Of a stretch of DNA of 64,000 nt, positions 55,401 through 64,000 are shown piece after piece (the first letter of the stretch is position 1; every line of letters starts with the position of its first letter). This DNA comes from a virus (Duplodnaviria > Heunggongvirae > Uroviricota > Caudoviricetes), in IMG/VR virus record IMGVR_UViG_3300032007_000048, positions 1 through 64,000 of that record. One strand, written 5' to 3'. The position numbers and the translations under genes were made by a program. The notes beneath the pieces are model-generated. The model was not told the origin of the DNA. It worked only from the letters and a program-made list of their open reading frames with translations, and made no database searches.

Positions 55401-55853
55401 ATGGAGTCAGTTAAAATTAGTGAGAAACAATTGTATTCGATAATATCTGAATCAATAGTAAAGATATTGAGAGAAGAAAGAAGTGAAAACATAGATAATG
55501 ATATTATTGAACTAATATCATATTTACACAATATGCAAAAACCTTTAAGGGAAATTCATTGGAATACCAATGAGTATTCCACACATATGGTAACTGATGA
55601 GACCATTGATGATGTCATTGAATGGGAAGACACATTAGCTGAAGCCTTTGTCAGTAACACTAATATTGAATTAACTATTAGTGATGTGAAACCTTCATCA
55701 GATTACAAAACATTAATGGAGGAATTAATCAATAAGGCAAGCACAATTAAAGACAATATTTCAGATAACAAGGAATATGACAGTATATGTGCTGTTTTGG
55801 ATGAGATTATTGAGAAATCAAATCAATTGTTATATAAGAGTCAATTAAAATAG
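55401..55853 (+). CDS. hypothetical protein with shared N-terminal motif
   Basis: 150 aa. N-terminus ISEKQLYSIISESIVKILREE. Confidence 0.45.
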   Translation: MESVKISEKQLYSIISESIVKILREERSENIDNDIIELISYLHNMQKPLREIHWNTNEYSTHMVTDETIDDVIEWEDTLAEAFVSNTNIELTISDVKPSSDYKTLMEELINKASTIKDNISDNKEYDSICAVLDEIIEKSNQLLYKSQLK

Positions 55854-55860
55854 TAATATC

Positions 55861-56577
55861 ATGCCAGCGAAAAGCAAATCACAACAAAGGTTGTTCGGAA
55901 TGGTACATGCTTATCAAAAAGGTGAGTTGAAAAATCCATCGTCAGAGATAAAGTCAATTGCGAAATCAATATCCAAAAAAGACGCGGAAGATTTTGCGGA
56001 AACAAAACATAAAGGTTTACCAAACAAGGTTAAAACCAAGAAAAATGAGGAAAGGAATATGGGTAAAAATAAAGTTAATGAAAGCTATGGAATTGGTTAT
56101 AAAGGACAATTCATCAAAAAAGGTGGATGGGGACCGACATTTACATCATTTCCTGAGGATGCCATAAAGTTCAGAACACCTGAACAAGCACAGCAATATA
56201 TGGAAGAAAATCTTGGTGATGACTTTGGCGCATCAGTTGTCTCTTTACCTTTACAAGAAAACAAGAATGTGGTTAGAATCAATGAAAACCAGTTACATAG
56301 TTTAATTGCTGAATCAATAAAAAGAGTTCTTAAAGAACAATGGGATTTTGATGACGAAGACGATACATTCACACCTCAGGGGTACAAAACTGATTCCAAT
56401 TGGGGAGGTACTGAAATACAGATAAACAAAAACGGTGATGCCGCAAGACTTAGAGACAATCACGGTACACCAGGAACACCTACTGATTGGATGGAGATTC
56501 AGTTTGATGAAAACGGTGTCGCATATGTTGAGACTGAGAATGGGACAGTTCGATTAGATGAGTTTATGAGAGTATAA
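55861..56577 (+). CDS. hypothetical protein with internal copy of the shared motif
   Basis: 238 aa. INENQLHSLIAESIKRVLKEQ occurs at residue ~145. The N-terminus is basic. Confidence 0.45.
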   Translation: MPAKSKSQQRLFGMVHAYQKGELKNPSSEIKSIAKSISKKDAEDFAETKHKGLPNKVKTKKNEERNMGKNKVNESYGIGYKGQFIKKGGWGPTFTSFPEDAIKFRTPEQAQQYMEENLGDDFGASVVSLPLQENKNVVRINENQLHSLIAESIKRVLKEQWDFDDEDDTFTPQGYKTDSNWGGTEIQINKNGDAARLRDNHGTPGTPTDWMEIQFDENGVAYVETENGTVRLDEFMRV

Positions 56578-56580
56578 AAA

Positions 56581-56611
56581 AAGCCACTGAATATTCAGTG
56601 GCTTTTTTTAT
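56581..56611. terminator. bidirectional intrinsic terminator
   Basis: Perfect palindrome aagccactgaata tattcagtggctt, flanked by aaaaa and ttttt. Confidence 0.7.
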
Positions 56612-56625
56612 TAACATAGCATATT

Positions 56626-57714
56626 TTAATCAACATCAAACTCTTCGATAGTAAGAACAGCGGCTCTTGATGTCTGAACACTGTTACCTGCATCAAAACT
56701 TGTTGAAAGTCTAAAAGTACTCGCAGGGACATTAAGTTCATAAATAAGCACATCCTTAACTGCCTTAGCCCTGTTCTCAGCAAGTGTGGTGTTTCTGCTC
56801 TCAGTACCTGTTCCACTGTCTGCTGAGCCAACGATATGGACAACCATATTGTCCTTAATCTGCTTTGAGAACTCAACAATCTTAGCATGTTCGGTAGGTG
56901 AAAGCACATCACTGTTCAAGTCAAAAGTAATGAAAGTCTTACCAACAAATGTGGGGATAGGGGTCTCTACCTGCTTCTCAACAACCCTCTCAGTCACAAC
57001 TTCCTTAACAACAGGCTCCTTATTCAAAGCCTCATTAAGCTTAGCCTGAAGAGCGTCATAATCGGCCTGACTGTACCTATAGTCGTTGGTCACAAAATTA
57101 TGGGAATTGACCCTATGGTTCTTAAACTTGTAAGTAAAACCAACCTCACAAACAAAGATAGCCCTTGTTCTGTTAAGATTATAGAAATTGTCGTAAGTCA
57201 ACCAAGTAACGGTAGGCTTGAAATTAATCTGTGCAGCCCTTGCCTTTCCAAGATTAACATTAAGTTCACCACCAAGGTTATAGTTCAAGGTATTGTGATG
57301 TGTGACAGGCTTGCCATAACCATGTCCCCAACCAAAACCAGGAACAGCAACAACCTCTACCCTTCTTGGTGCGCCCTTATAACCGCCAAAGAAATTGGAC
57401 ATATTAACCTTTGCGTTGGCGATAACATTACTCTCATCAAAGAAAGTGTATGAACCTGTGGTGTTAAAGAAGCCTCTACCAACAACGCTGAAACCGTAAA
57501 CAGGGGTAACCCAAGTACCAATCTCAACTGATGCGGTTGGTCTGAAAGCGTCAATAAAATCACCGAAACTGTCAGCACTCAAAGGTGACGCTCCACCAAA
57601 ATTAACGCTAAAATAAGGCATTCCAAATGAGCCTACATACTCATAATTCTGATTCTGTGCAAATCCCATAATCCCTATGGTAAATGCGATAATTAAACTA
57701 ATAATTTTCTTCAT
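56626..57714 (-). CDS. OmpA-family outer-membrane protein
   Basis: 362 aa. Signal peptide MKKIISLIIAFTIGIMGFA, a beta-rich middle, and a C-terminal OmpA-like peptidoglycan-binding domain (VVHIVGSADSGTGTESRNTTLAENRAKAVKDVL). Confidence 0.6.
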   Translation of the reverse strand: MKKIISLIIAFTIGIMGFAQNQNYEYVGSFGMPYFSVNFGGASPLSADSFGDFIDAFRPTASVEIGTWVTPVYGFSVVGRGFFNTTGSYTFFDESNVIANAKVNMSNFFGGYKGAPRRVEVVAVPGFGWGHGYGKPVTHHNTLNYNLGGELNVNLGKARAAQINFKPTVTWLTYDNFYNLNRTRAIFVCEVGFTYKFKNHRVNSHNFVTNDYRYSQADYDALQAKLNEALNKEPVVKEVVTERVVEKQVETPIPTFVGKTFITFDLNSDVLSPTEHAKIVEFSKQIKDNMVVHIVGSADSGTGTESRNTTLAENRAKAVKDVLIYELNVPASTFRLSTSFDAGNSVQTSRAAVLTIEEFDVD

Positions 57715-57742
57715 TTTTTCTTTTCTTTTTTTTGATTTTTAT

Positions 57743-58156
57743 TTAGTATCTTTTATTAAATAACTCATTTTTAATTTCATCCTTTATTGAATCTCTAAAA
57801 GAAGAACCCCATATAATATTATTCATACCATTAAGTAATATGTCCATAAAAAGACTTTTCATTAGTTTTTCAATATTTTCATCTTTCTTTAGATATTCTT
57901 TAATGGTATTCGTCACTTCATTAAATTCTTCCTTAAAATCTATTTTGTTTATTGTGCTTTCTAATAGATAAGAGGGTTTTTTGTTACCCCAACTGTCACA
58001 AGTAACTAATAAATTTTTTATGTTGTTCTCATCTATCAGATATTGTTTCATTGCGTCAAGTATTATTTGGCGTATGTCTTCTGATGTTATTTTACTAATC
58101 TCATCATTTAATAGTGCGGCGAATTTTTCTTCATTTAAATCAAACTTTACTTCCAT
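57743..58156 (-). CDS. hypothetical protein
   Basis: 137-aa ORF. Confidence 0.4.
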   Translation of the reverse strand: MEVKFDLNEEKFAALLNDEISKITSEDIRQIILDAMKQYLIDENNIKNLLVTCDSWGNKKPSYLLESTINKIDFKEEFNEVTNTIKEYLKKDENIEKLMKSLFMDILLNGMNNIIWGSSFRDSIKDEIKNELFNKRY

Positions 58157-58201
58157 GGTTTTGCAAATCTAATATTTTTATTTTAAAAAGTCAAATATTT
58201 T

Positions 58202-58747
58202 TTAAGAAATTTTAATATGACATGATTTCATGACCTCAATCGCAGCGTCATTATTTTCTTTACTTAAACCTGCGATACAATTTGAATCAACTGAAATTTC
58301 AGCCCTGTCAAATAACGCTGTTTTAAGTAACAAAGCGTTGGTAACAACACAGATACTGCTAACAAAACCAACAATCTCAATGTCCAAATTACCTTGGATA
58401 TTTCTTATTTTTTCCATTAATTCAGTTGAACCGAATGTAGGTTTATTCACATAGTGAATTATCACACCTGATTCAGATAACTCATGTTTGTGCAATGCCT
58501 CTGTTATTCGTTTATCAATAAACCAACCGTTTGTTTTGAATATACAGTGTTCAATAGGTAAATGCTTACCTTCAATTGTGTCAAGATAATCCTCATCATG
58601 TGTGTCTCTTGTTACAAAAATATAATCACCATCAAAGTCAGTTATTTTTTTGACTATGTTTGGGACTTTCTTGTCAGCTTCTTCATTGGCTAATGACCCG
58701 TTTATGAAGTCAACTTGTGGGTCAATGACTATTAGAATCTTTTTCAC
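58202..58747 (-). CDS. isochorismatase-family cysteine hydrolase (nicotinamidase-like)
   Basis: 181 aa. KKILIVIDPQVDFINGSLA matches the N-terminal signature with the catalytic Asp. VGFVSSICV matches the catalytic Cys motif. Confidence 0.6.
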   Translation of the reverse strand: MKKILIVIDPQVDFINGSLANEEADKKVPNIVKKITDFDGDYIFVTRDTHDEDYLDTIEGKHLPIEHCIFKTNGWFIDKRITEALHKHELSESGVIIHYVNKPTFGSTELMEKIRNIQGNLDIEIVGFVSSICVVTNALLLKTALFDRAEISVDSNCIAGLSKENNDAAIEVMKSCHIKIS

Positions 58748-59529
58748 GGCTTTATATATTTTAAAATATTATTTATTTTGGTCACATCAATATAGTTTGT
58801 TTTTCTGTAATTTACAATACTACAACCTGTAATACCTAAATAATGATGTTCATGCGGAAAGTCCAAAATAAACCTTATTTGGGTTTTGTCATCATTATAT
58901 TCATAAGAGACAATGTTGAAATCATCAATAAATGGATTGATAAAATTGTTGTAATATGTCGCAGTATTAAAATCGGATGAACTTTTTCTTTTTTCATCTT
59001 CTTTAATAAGGTCTTTTTCCTTGTCGGTCAGAGTATCATAAATTTCATTTCTGAGCATTGAGACAAACTCTTTTTCGTTTTTGAGAATTTCAGATAATGT
59101 TTCTTTGAATCTTTCCTTCAAATCTTGTTGTTTTTTTATCTCGTTCTCACAAAAACGTATTGAATCAATACAATGAGTTATATCATTAACCGTGTTTTTT
59201 ACCGGTTCACCCAGTTCAAACAATAGTTTTTTGTTTTCTCTTTTTATATTTATAATGTAAAAATCATTACATTTAAACCCAACAGATAAAAAAGGTCCAC
59301 CTGATGGGTCAATCGCAGTTGGGTTATCATAAGAACCGATTAACCTGTAAGGCATCTCCGTGTTACCTAAAACTAATTCGTATTGGTTTTTTTTAACTTT
59401 TTTTAAAATGTTCACATCACCATACCTATTATATGGTATTAAATACTGATTTTTCATCTTTTTTTTTGCAAACATACACATAAAAAAAATAAAAAACAAA
59501 ACCAAAACGAAAAAATATACAAAAAACAA
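58744..59529 (-). CDS. hypothetical membrane-anchored protein
   Basis: 261 aa, N-terminal TM helix. Confidence 0.45.
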   Translation of the reverse strand: MFFVYFFVLVLFFIFFMCMFAKKKMKNQYLIPYNRYGDVNILKKVKKNQYELVLGNTEMPYRLIGSYDNPTAIDPSGGPFLSVGFKCNDFYIINIKRENKKLLFELGEPVKNTVNDITHCIDSIRFCENEIKKQQDLKERFKETLSEILKNEKEFVSMLRNEIYDTLTDKEKDLIKEDEKRKSSSDFNTATYYNNFINPFIDDFNIVSYEYNDDKTQIRFILDFPHEHHYLGITGCSIVNYRKTNYIDVTKINNILKYIKP

Positions 59530-59683
59530 ATAACTAGTAATTAATATAAGTAATTTATTATTAACAATTTATATATTTTTTAAAAGAAATTTTTTATTTA
59601 ATAAAATTAATTACCAGGACCTATAAGTTACTTATTAACAGAAATTTCATTATAAAATTTTTGTTTTTAGGAAATATAATTAG

Positions 59684-59691
59684 TATTTTTG
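59684..59691 (+). promoter_or_regulatory. Bacteroidetes-type -7 box TATTTTTG
   Basis: tatttttg lies 17 nt upstream of ATG 59708 in the AT-rich divergent region. Confidence 0.35.
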
Positions 59692-59707
59692 TAAAAAGAT
59701 TTTGAAA

Positions 59708-60412
59708 ATGAATTACAAATTAAAAAGGTTTTTGACTTGGCCTTACAGGGCAACTAAGTCAAGTTATTTATGTATTAGATTTCCGTTTCTATATCCAAGA
59801 AACAGATTTACGGGTAACCATTACGATTGTTGGGCTTTAGTTGACTATCATAGAGATAATTATCAAAAGGCATACAGATTTGGCGGTAAAGATGAGGGTT
59901 TTAAAGCGATTTGTATTGACAAATGGTGGGCATTTAAGATAAAGGTCGCTGATTTTCTAAATGATTGGGTGTTACAGATTTTCCATTGTGTTCCAACATA
60001 TACTGAGTTAAATGGTATGGATGGTGGTTGGAGAAAGGCATTTGGAATACAGATGTGTAAAGAGATTAAGAGAGCCTTGTTGGACGCAGGTGGAAGAAAA
60101 GCGTTACATAGATATAGGATAATGCAGATTAAAGAGAAATATGGTTCTTTAAGGTGGTATGACCAAGGTGCGCCTAAAGATGTTAATAAAATAGTGGAAA
60201 AATATGGGTATATCTCAGAACATACTTGTGTGAATTGTGGTAGACCTGCTGATTATATAACATCCGGTTATATATTACCTTATTGTGAGAAATGTATTCC
60301 TGAAAAGGCCAAAGAAAGTGCCGATAAATTTTATTATGACATACCTTTTTATGGTATTAAAACTGTGAGGTTTGACAAAAAAGAAGAAGAAAAAGGAGGT
60401 TGTAATGACTAA
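59708..60412 (+). CDS. hypothetical Cys-rich protein
   Basis: The ORF track starts at TTG 59702; the first ATG is at 59708. Contains CVNCG...CEKC. Confidence 0.45.
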   Translation: MNYKLKRFLTWPYRATKSSYLCIRFPFLYPRNRFTGNHYDCWALVDYHRDNYQKAYRFGGKDEGFKAICIDKWWAFKIKVADFLNDWVLQIFHCVPTYTELNGMDGGWRKAFGIQMCKEIKRALLDAGGRKALHRYRIMQIKEKYGSLRWYDQGAPKDVNKIVEKYGYISEHTCVNCGRPADYITSGYILPYCEKCIPEKAKESADKFYYDIPFYGIKTVRFDKKEEEKGGCND

Positions 60413-61400
60413 TTTTTACGATAAACTTTTATTGTTTCACTTAATACATGAGTTTACTTACGGAAATGTAAGCAAGAAAATCTTGTCTGAAACAAGAGGT
60501 ATTGTACCTAATATTGATAATATAGTGAAAACATTTGTGTCTAATATTGGTATGCAAATTTATTCGGCGTTCAATGATGAAAATTACTTTTCAAATGTTG
60601 TGACTTCTGAATACACAGAAAAAGAAATACCATTGCCAAAAGATTGCTTTTTTAACCAATTTTATTTGAAAATAAGTATTGAGAAAAACAACGAAGTTAC
60701 ATATCATGGCGGTATGTATCCCATTAAGTCTTTTATTATAAACAAAAATGGTGATGGTTTTGTTTTTAGACCATATATAGTTTTACATATAGAAGGGGAA
60801 TCAATACAAACTGTTGTGAACAAATTGTCTATAGCGTTATCGCATGAACTGACACATGCGTATGACTATTATATGTATTTTCAAAAAAATGGTTTCCCAC
60901 AATCAGTGGATGATATTGAAAAAAGTGGTACTAAAAGATTCACGGATGCCATGCGTGGAAATCACAGTATTGAAAGAGTAATTGGTGACATAATGTACAG
61001 GTTGTCACAAAAAGAATTAAATGCATATTTAGGGCAATTAAGAACAGAGTTAAAATTTGTTGCAACAAAAATACAAGATGCTAAAACAGCATTTAAAGCA
61101 ATAAAAGAAACTTCATCATACCAAAAAACATACAAGTTTTTAGAGGACGAAATATCTTATATTGTTAACAATGTTGAACGTGAAGATTATCAACACTTAA
61201 TTATTAAATATACTAATAGTGTGGCAAACAAAAACTTTACTAACTATCAGCAAGTAGTTAAATACTATTTTAACAGGTGGTATAAATGGTCAGAAACATA
61301 TCTAACAAAAGCAAGTAAAATTGCCTTTGATGTTTTTAGTGAATCCAGTAATATTGGTTATGAGGATGATAAAACAAATAGTTTGAAAGATACTATTTAA
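60372..61400 (+). CDS. hypothetical protein, possible HExxH metallopeptidase
   Basis: 342 aa. Single HELTH motif (ALSHELTHAYDY). Weak call. Confidence 0.35.
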   Translation: MTKKKKKKEVVMTNFYDKLLLFHLIHEFTYGNVSKKILSETRGIVPNIDNIVKTFVSNIGMQIYSAFNDENYFSNVVTSEYTEKEIPLPKDCFFNQFYLKISIEKNNEVTYHGGMYPIKSFIINKNGDGFVFRPYIVLHIEGESIQTVVNKLSIALSHELTHAYDYYMYFQKNGFPQSVDDIEKSGTKRFTDAMRGNHSIERVIGDIMYRLSQKELNAYLGQLRTELKFVATKIQDAKTAFKAIKETSSYQKTYKFLEDEISYIVNNVEREDYQHLIIKYTNSVANKNFTNYQQVVKYYFNRWYKWSETYLTKASKIAFDVFSESSNIGYEDDKTNSLKDTI

Positions 61401-61800
61401 CAAATAACCATACAAGAACACCAACAATGTTATATAATATATTTACCTTTTTTTCCTGAGGGTAATTTAAATCAACATCTTTGGTTCTATTACGTTCAAA
61501 GTTGATTTTATAACAGAAATTATGTGTTGCCCATTCAAGCATCATACTTTTAATTTTTCTGTTTTTAAATACAATATTGTCTGGATACTCAGATTTTATA
61601 GTATTGAGTATTTCTTTGAAATTCTTTTTGGAGACTAAATAACTATCTTTAATATTAATATTGTTAGTAGATACTGTATAATTTATGTTTTCCATATTTT
61701 TAACATTTTTATATAAATATTTTGTTTTTATTAAAAATGTATGTATATTTGCATTGGTAATTTGTGAAAGGAAAAAAATGTGGCTCAATTCCACACACAA
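61393..61800 (-). CDS. hypothetical protein
   Basis: 135-aa lone minus-strand ORF between plus-strand genes. Confidence 0.3.
   Translation of the reverse strand: MCVELSHIFFLSQITNANIHTFLIKTKYLYKNVKNMENINYTVSTNNINIKDSYLVSKKNFKEILNTIKSEYPDNIVFKNRKIKSMMLEWATHNFCYKINFERNRTKDVDLNYPQEKKVNILYNIVGVLVWLFVK
61743..61750 (+). promoter_or_regulatory. Bacteroidetes-type -7 box TATATTTG
   Basis: tatatttg upstream of the SSB gene. Confidence 0.35.
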
Positions 61801-61833
61801 ATCAAATTAAATTTTTTAAAACTTTTATTTTTT

Positions 61834-62325
61834 ATGATTAATGTTGTAATTGGTCGGCTTGGAAAGGATGCCGAAATTGGTGAAACCAGTGGTGGAACCA
61901 AGTATGTAAAGTTTACTGTTGCGGAAAACAATTATCGTAATGGAGAAGACAAGACCACATGGTATGATGTTACTTCTTATGACAATTTTGTTGTTAATAC
62001 GCAAATTAAAGTACTAAAAAAGGGTGCTTTTGTTGTAATTGTTGGTGATGTTGATAGCAAGATTAATGTTGGTAAGAACGGAAAGATTTATCTTAACCAT
62101 AACATTACTGCTTCGGCAATCAAAGTTCCGAATCTTGGAAATAATAACAGGACAAGTGAACCTGAAAACAACGTAACCAAAACTACAATCGAAAGTGTTT
62201 CAGTTGGGAACTTGCCTCCAACTACCACATCAACACCTCAGGTGGCTGTACCTGAAGTTCATCCGGTTGTACAGCAGGTTATAAACGAAGTTATTCCTGA
62301 TGATGGTGATGACCTTCCTTTTTAA
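61834..62325 (+). CDS. ssb: single-stranded DNA-binding protein
   Basis: OB-fold start MINVVIGRLGKDAEI and the acidic C-terminal tail DDGDDLPF typical of SSB. The ORF track begins at GTG 61780; ATG 61834 fits the SSB N-terminus. Confidence 0.75.
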   Translation: MINVVIGRLGKDAEIGETSGGTKYVKFTVAENNYRNGEDKTTWYDVTSYDNFVVNTQIKVLKKGAFVVIVGDVDSKINVGKNGKIYLNHNITASAIKVPNLGNNNRTSEPENNVTKTTIESVSVGNLPPTTTSTPQVAVPEVHPVVQQVINEVIPDDGDDLPF

Positions 62326-62342
62326 TTTTTAACTTTGTTACT

Positions 62343-62380
62343 ATTATTTTGGAAAAGCAAGTAAAATCACTTGCTTTTTC
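62343..62380 (+). terminator. intrinsic terminator
   Basis: aaagcaagt aaaatc acttgcttt followed by ttcttttttttat. Confidence 0.65.
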
Positions 62381-62417
62381 TTTTTTTTATTAGTATTTTA
62401 GTAAAAAAAAATATATT

Positions 62418-62729
62418 ATGGTTACAATTAAAAAGATTAACTCATTAGATGAGTATAAGAGTATGATTAAAGGGTGCGCAGTGATAAAGTTTTCAGCGGT
62501 GTGGTGCGCTCCTTGTAGGTTTTTGGCTGAAACAATAAAAGGTTTGGACACAACAGTTCCATTTGGGGAAATTGATGTGGATGATGAATTTGCCGATGCT
62601 ATCACGGCAGACCTTAATATAAGAGGTATTCCGGTACTTATTTTCTTTAAGGACGGAAAAGAGGTAAGTAGGACTGTCGGCGCGGTACCTGTTGATAAAA
62701 TAATTGAGAACCTTAAAGGACTTGAATAA
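62418..62729 (+). CDS. trx: thioredoxin
   Basis: 103 aa with the WCAPC active site (FSAVWCAPCRFLAE). Confidence 0.8.
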   Translation: MVTIKKINSLDEYKSMIKGCAVIKFSAVWCAPCRFLAETIKGLDTTVPFGEIDVDDEFADAITADLNIRGIPVLIFFKDGKEVSRTVGAVPVDKIIENLKGLE

Positions 62730-62935
62730 TGTTTGCATTAAAATATATTTGCGCTATTATTGCGGTGTTTTGCACACTATTGTTCGTGAGTAACATTATT
62801 ACTAATATGACATCTTCACAAGTGATATTTAGTAAGGATGATAATGTCACCAATAATAACATGTACTATGCCGCACTCAGACTTATTTTAATATTAATAA
62901 TGTCAATAACCTGGCCATTGGTCTTTATGTTATAA
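62729..62935 (+). CDS. small two-TM membrane protein
   Basis: 68 aa, two hydrophobic helices. Confidence 0.4.
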   Translation: MFALKYICAIIAVFCTLLFVSNIITNMTSSQVIFSKDDNVTNNNMYYAALRLILILIMSITWPLVFML

Positions 62936-62938
62936 AAT

Positions 62939-63184
62939 ATGGAATGGTTAAACGATATTATTAAAGATGTTCCAAGTAAAAAGAAATTCTATTTGTTTAT
63001 TAAATTGTTTCTTTTTAAATGGAAAGGTTTGCGTTATAAAGAAATGTATTTGATTTTAAAAACATTATATAAAACCAAACAGATTGATGAGGAAATAGCC
63101 AATAAAAAGGCGTTTGAGGAAATAGTCAGAATATATTATTATAATAATAATAAATCTTATCCAAAAGGACTAAATAATGAGTGA
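62939..63184 (+). CDS. hypothetical small protein
   Basis: 81-aa ORF. Confidence 0.35.
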   Translation: MEWLNDIIKDVPSKKKFYLFIKLFLFKWKGLRYKEMYLILKTLYKTKQIDEEIANKKAFEEIVRIYYYNNNKSYPKGLNNE

Positions 63185-63923
63185 TGATTACAACTTTTTC
63201 ACCGCAATTGTCGCAGGTGAAAAACCTGAAGACATCATTAATGAATATGATAAAAATAAAACGGTGACACCATATGTGGTTTATCATTATAAGGACGCGC
63301 ATAACTTGAAAAACATTTATGTTGATTCTTGTAAAGACGAACTTAACGAAAATGGTATATCTGATAGTGAGAAAGATGTCATTAATGATGAAATCAATTA
63401 TGTCAATTCGTTGTCAGATGATGAGTTTTTTGACTATTTCACCGTTGAATACGACCTTGATAATGAAGGTAACGCTGTAACGGACAAAAACAAAAAAGGC
63501 AAATACTCATATCATCAAATAGGAAAAATGTTTTGTGTGCCGTTCATTACTCTTGACGGTAATGAGGTCTTCCAAGCAAGAAAAAAAGATATTGATTGGA
63601 ACAGAATACATTTATTTGGGCAGGAAATTTACCGAAGGGCATGGGAAATGGTTATGGAAAAAAGTGAACCTATGACAGACCAGGAAAAAAACATATTTGA
63701 AAACATGAAAAACAGGACAGCCTATTTTGAAAAGTTCAAAGACAAAAAGAGATATGTCACTTATGCGACCGCTTTTTGGGGCTATGCTTTTGTTGATGAT
63801 AACAAATGGATTGACATGGATTCGGAAAAGGATGGTTATGATTGGGTATCCAATTTCTATGAGCGTTTTATTGTCCCACTTGACGACAATACATTATTAA
63901 CAATGTATGAATGTCGTAAATAA
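63177..63923 (+). CDS. hypothetical protein
   Basis: 248-aa ORF. Confidence 0.45.
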   Translation: MSDDYNFFTAIVAGEKPEDIINEYDKNKTVTPYVVYHYKDAHNLKNIYVDSCKDELNENGISDSEKDVINDEINYVNSLSDDEFFDYFTVEYDLDNEGNAVTDKNKKGKYSYHQIGKMFCVPFITLDGNEVFQARKKDIDWNRIHLFGQEIYRRAWEMVMEKSEPMTDQEKNIFENMKNRTAYFEKFKDKKRYVTYATAFWGYAFVDDNKWIDMDSEKDGYDWVSNFYERFIVPLDDNTLLTMYECRK

Positions 63924-63963
63924 CAAAAAAAGAGAGGCTGTTTCCCAACCTCTCTTTTTTATT
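63924..63963. terminator. intrinsic terminator
   Basis: agagagg (11-nt loop) cctctct followed by tttttt and preceded by aaaaaaa. Confidence 0.6.
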
Positions 63964-64000
63964 ATAGTGTTTTTATTATCCCTGTGGCTCCTCACCGAAA

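Overview
This 64 kb window reads as a contiguous, densely coded segment of an AT-rich dsDNA phage genome. The host is almost certainly a Bacteroidales bacterium. Evidence: many genes sit behind Bacteroidetes-type TAnnTTTG -7 boxes, a giant protein carries BACON domain repeats, and several virion proteins carry BspA/LRR_5-type repeat modules. About 85 genes lie in alternating strand blocks, separated by clean hairpin plus T-run terminators. Recognisable functions include: a DNA amino-methyltransferase next to a DUF262/DUF1524 (GmrSD-like) nuclease; an RNA-repair kit made of an Rnl5-like RNA ligase (KxHG motif), an HD-phosphohydrolase/P-loop kinase fusion, a pol-beta nucleotidyltransferase and two calcineurin-like phosphoesterases; a phage sigma-70 family factor; an SF1 helicase; an AAA+ ATPase; SSB; thioredoxin; an isochorismatase/nicotinamidase-family hydrolase; an Amidase_3 endolysin; an OmpA-domain protein; a 1578-aa BACON-repeat protein; and a 2035-aa tail protein that combines Ig-like repeats, two LRR modules and a C-terminal GH2-type glycosidase. 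The most notable locus is at 20.9-22.4 kb. A catalytically intact 386-aa TnpB-like RuvC/zinc-finger protein sits 51 nt downstream of a CRISPR-like mini-array of three 34-nt direct repeats (the last degenerate) and two unique 31-nt spacers. This is a candidate hypercompact type V-like RNA-guided nuclease carried by the phage. Other notable signals: a two-module LRR tail gene (23223..25259) whose halves are joined in frame across one TAG codon, exactly where paralogs have a Glu codon; a five-copy sigma-54-like -24/-12 motif (TGGCAYG-N4-TTGTA) upstream of early genes; an N-terminal peptide motif shared by at least five proteins; imperfect 62-nt direct repeats of the endolysin 3' end flanking the tailspike cassette; and three GC-rich CCCCA-N8-TGGGG hairpins, two of which bracket the TnpB locus. 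No tRNA, rRNA, integrase, terminase or reverse transcriptase was recognised in the window. All calls rest on motif recognition by eye and carry no database support.
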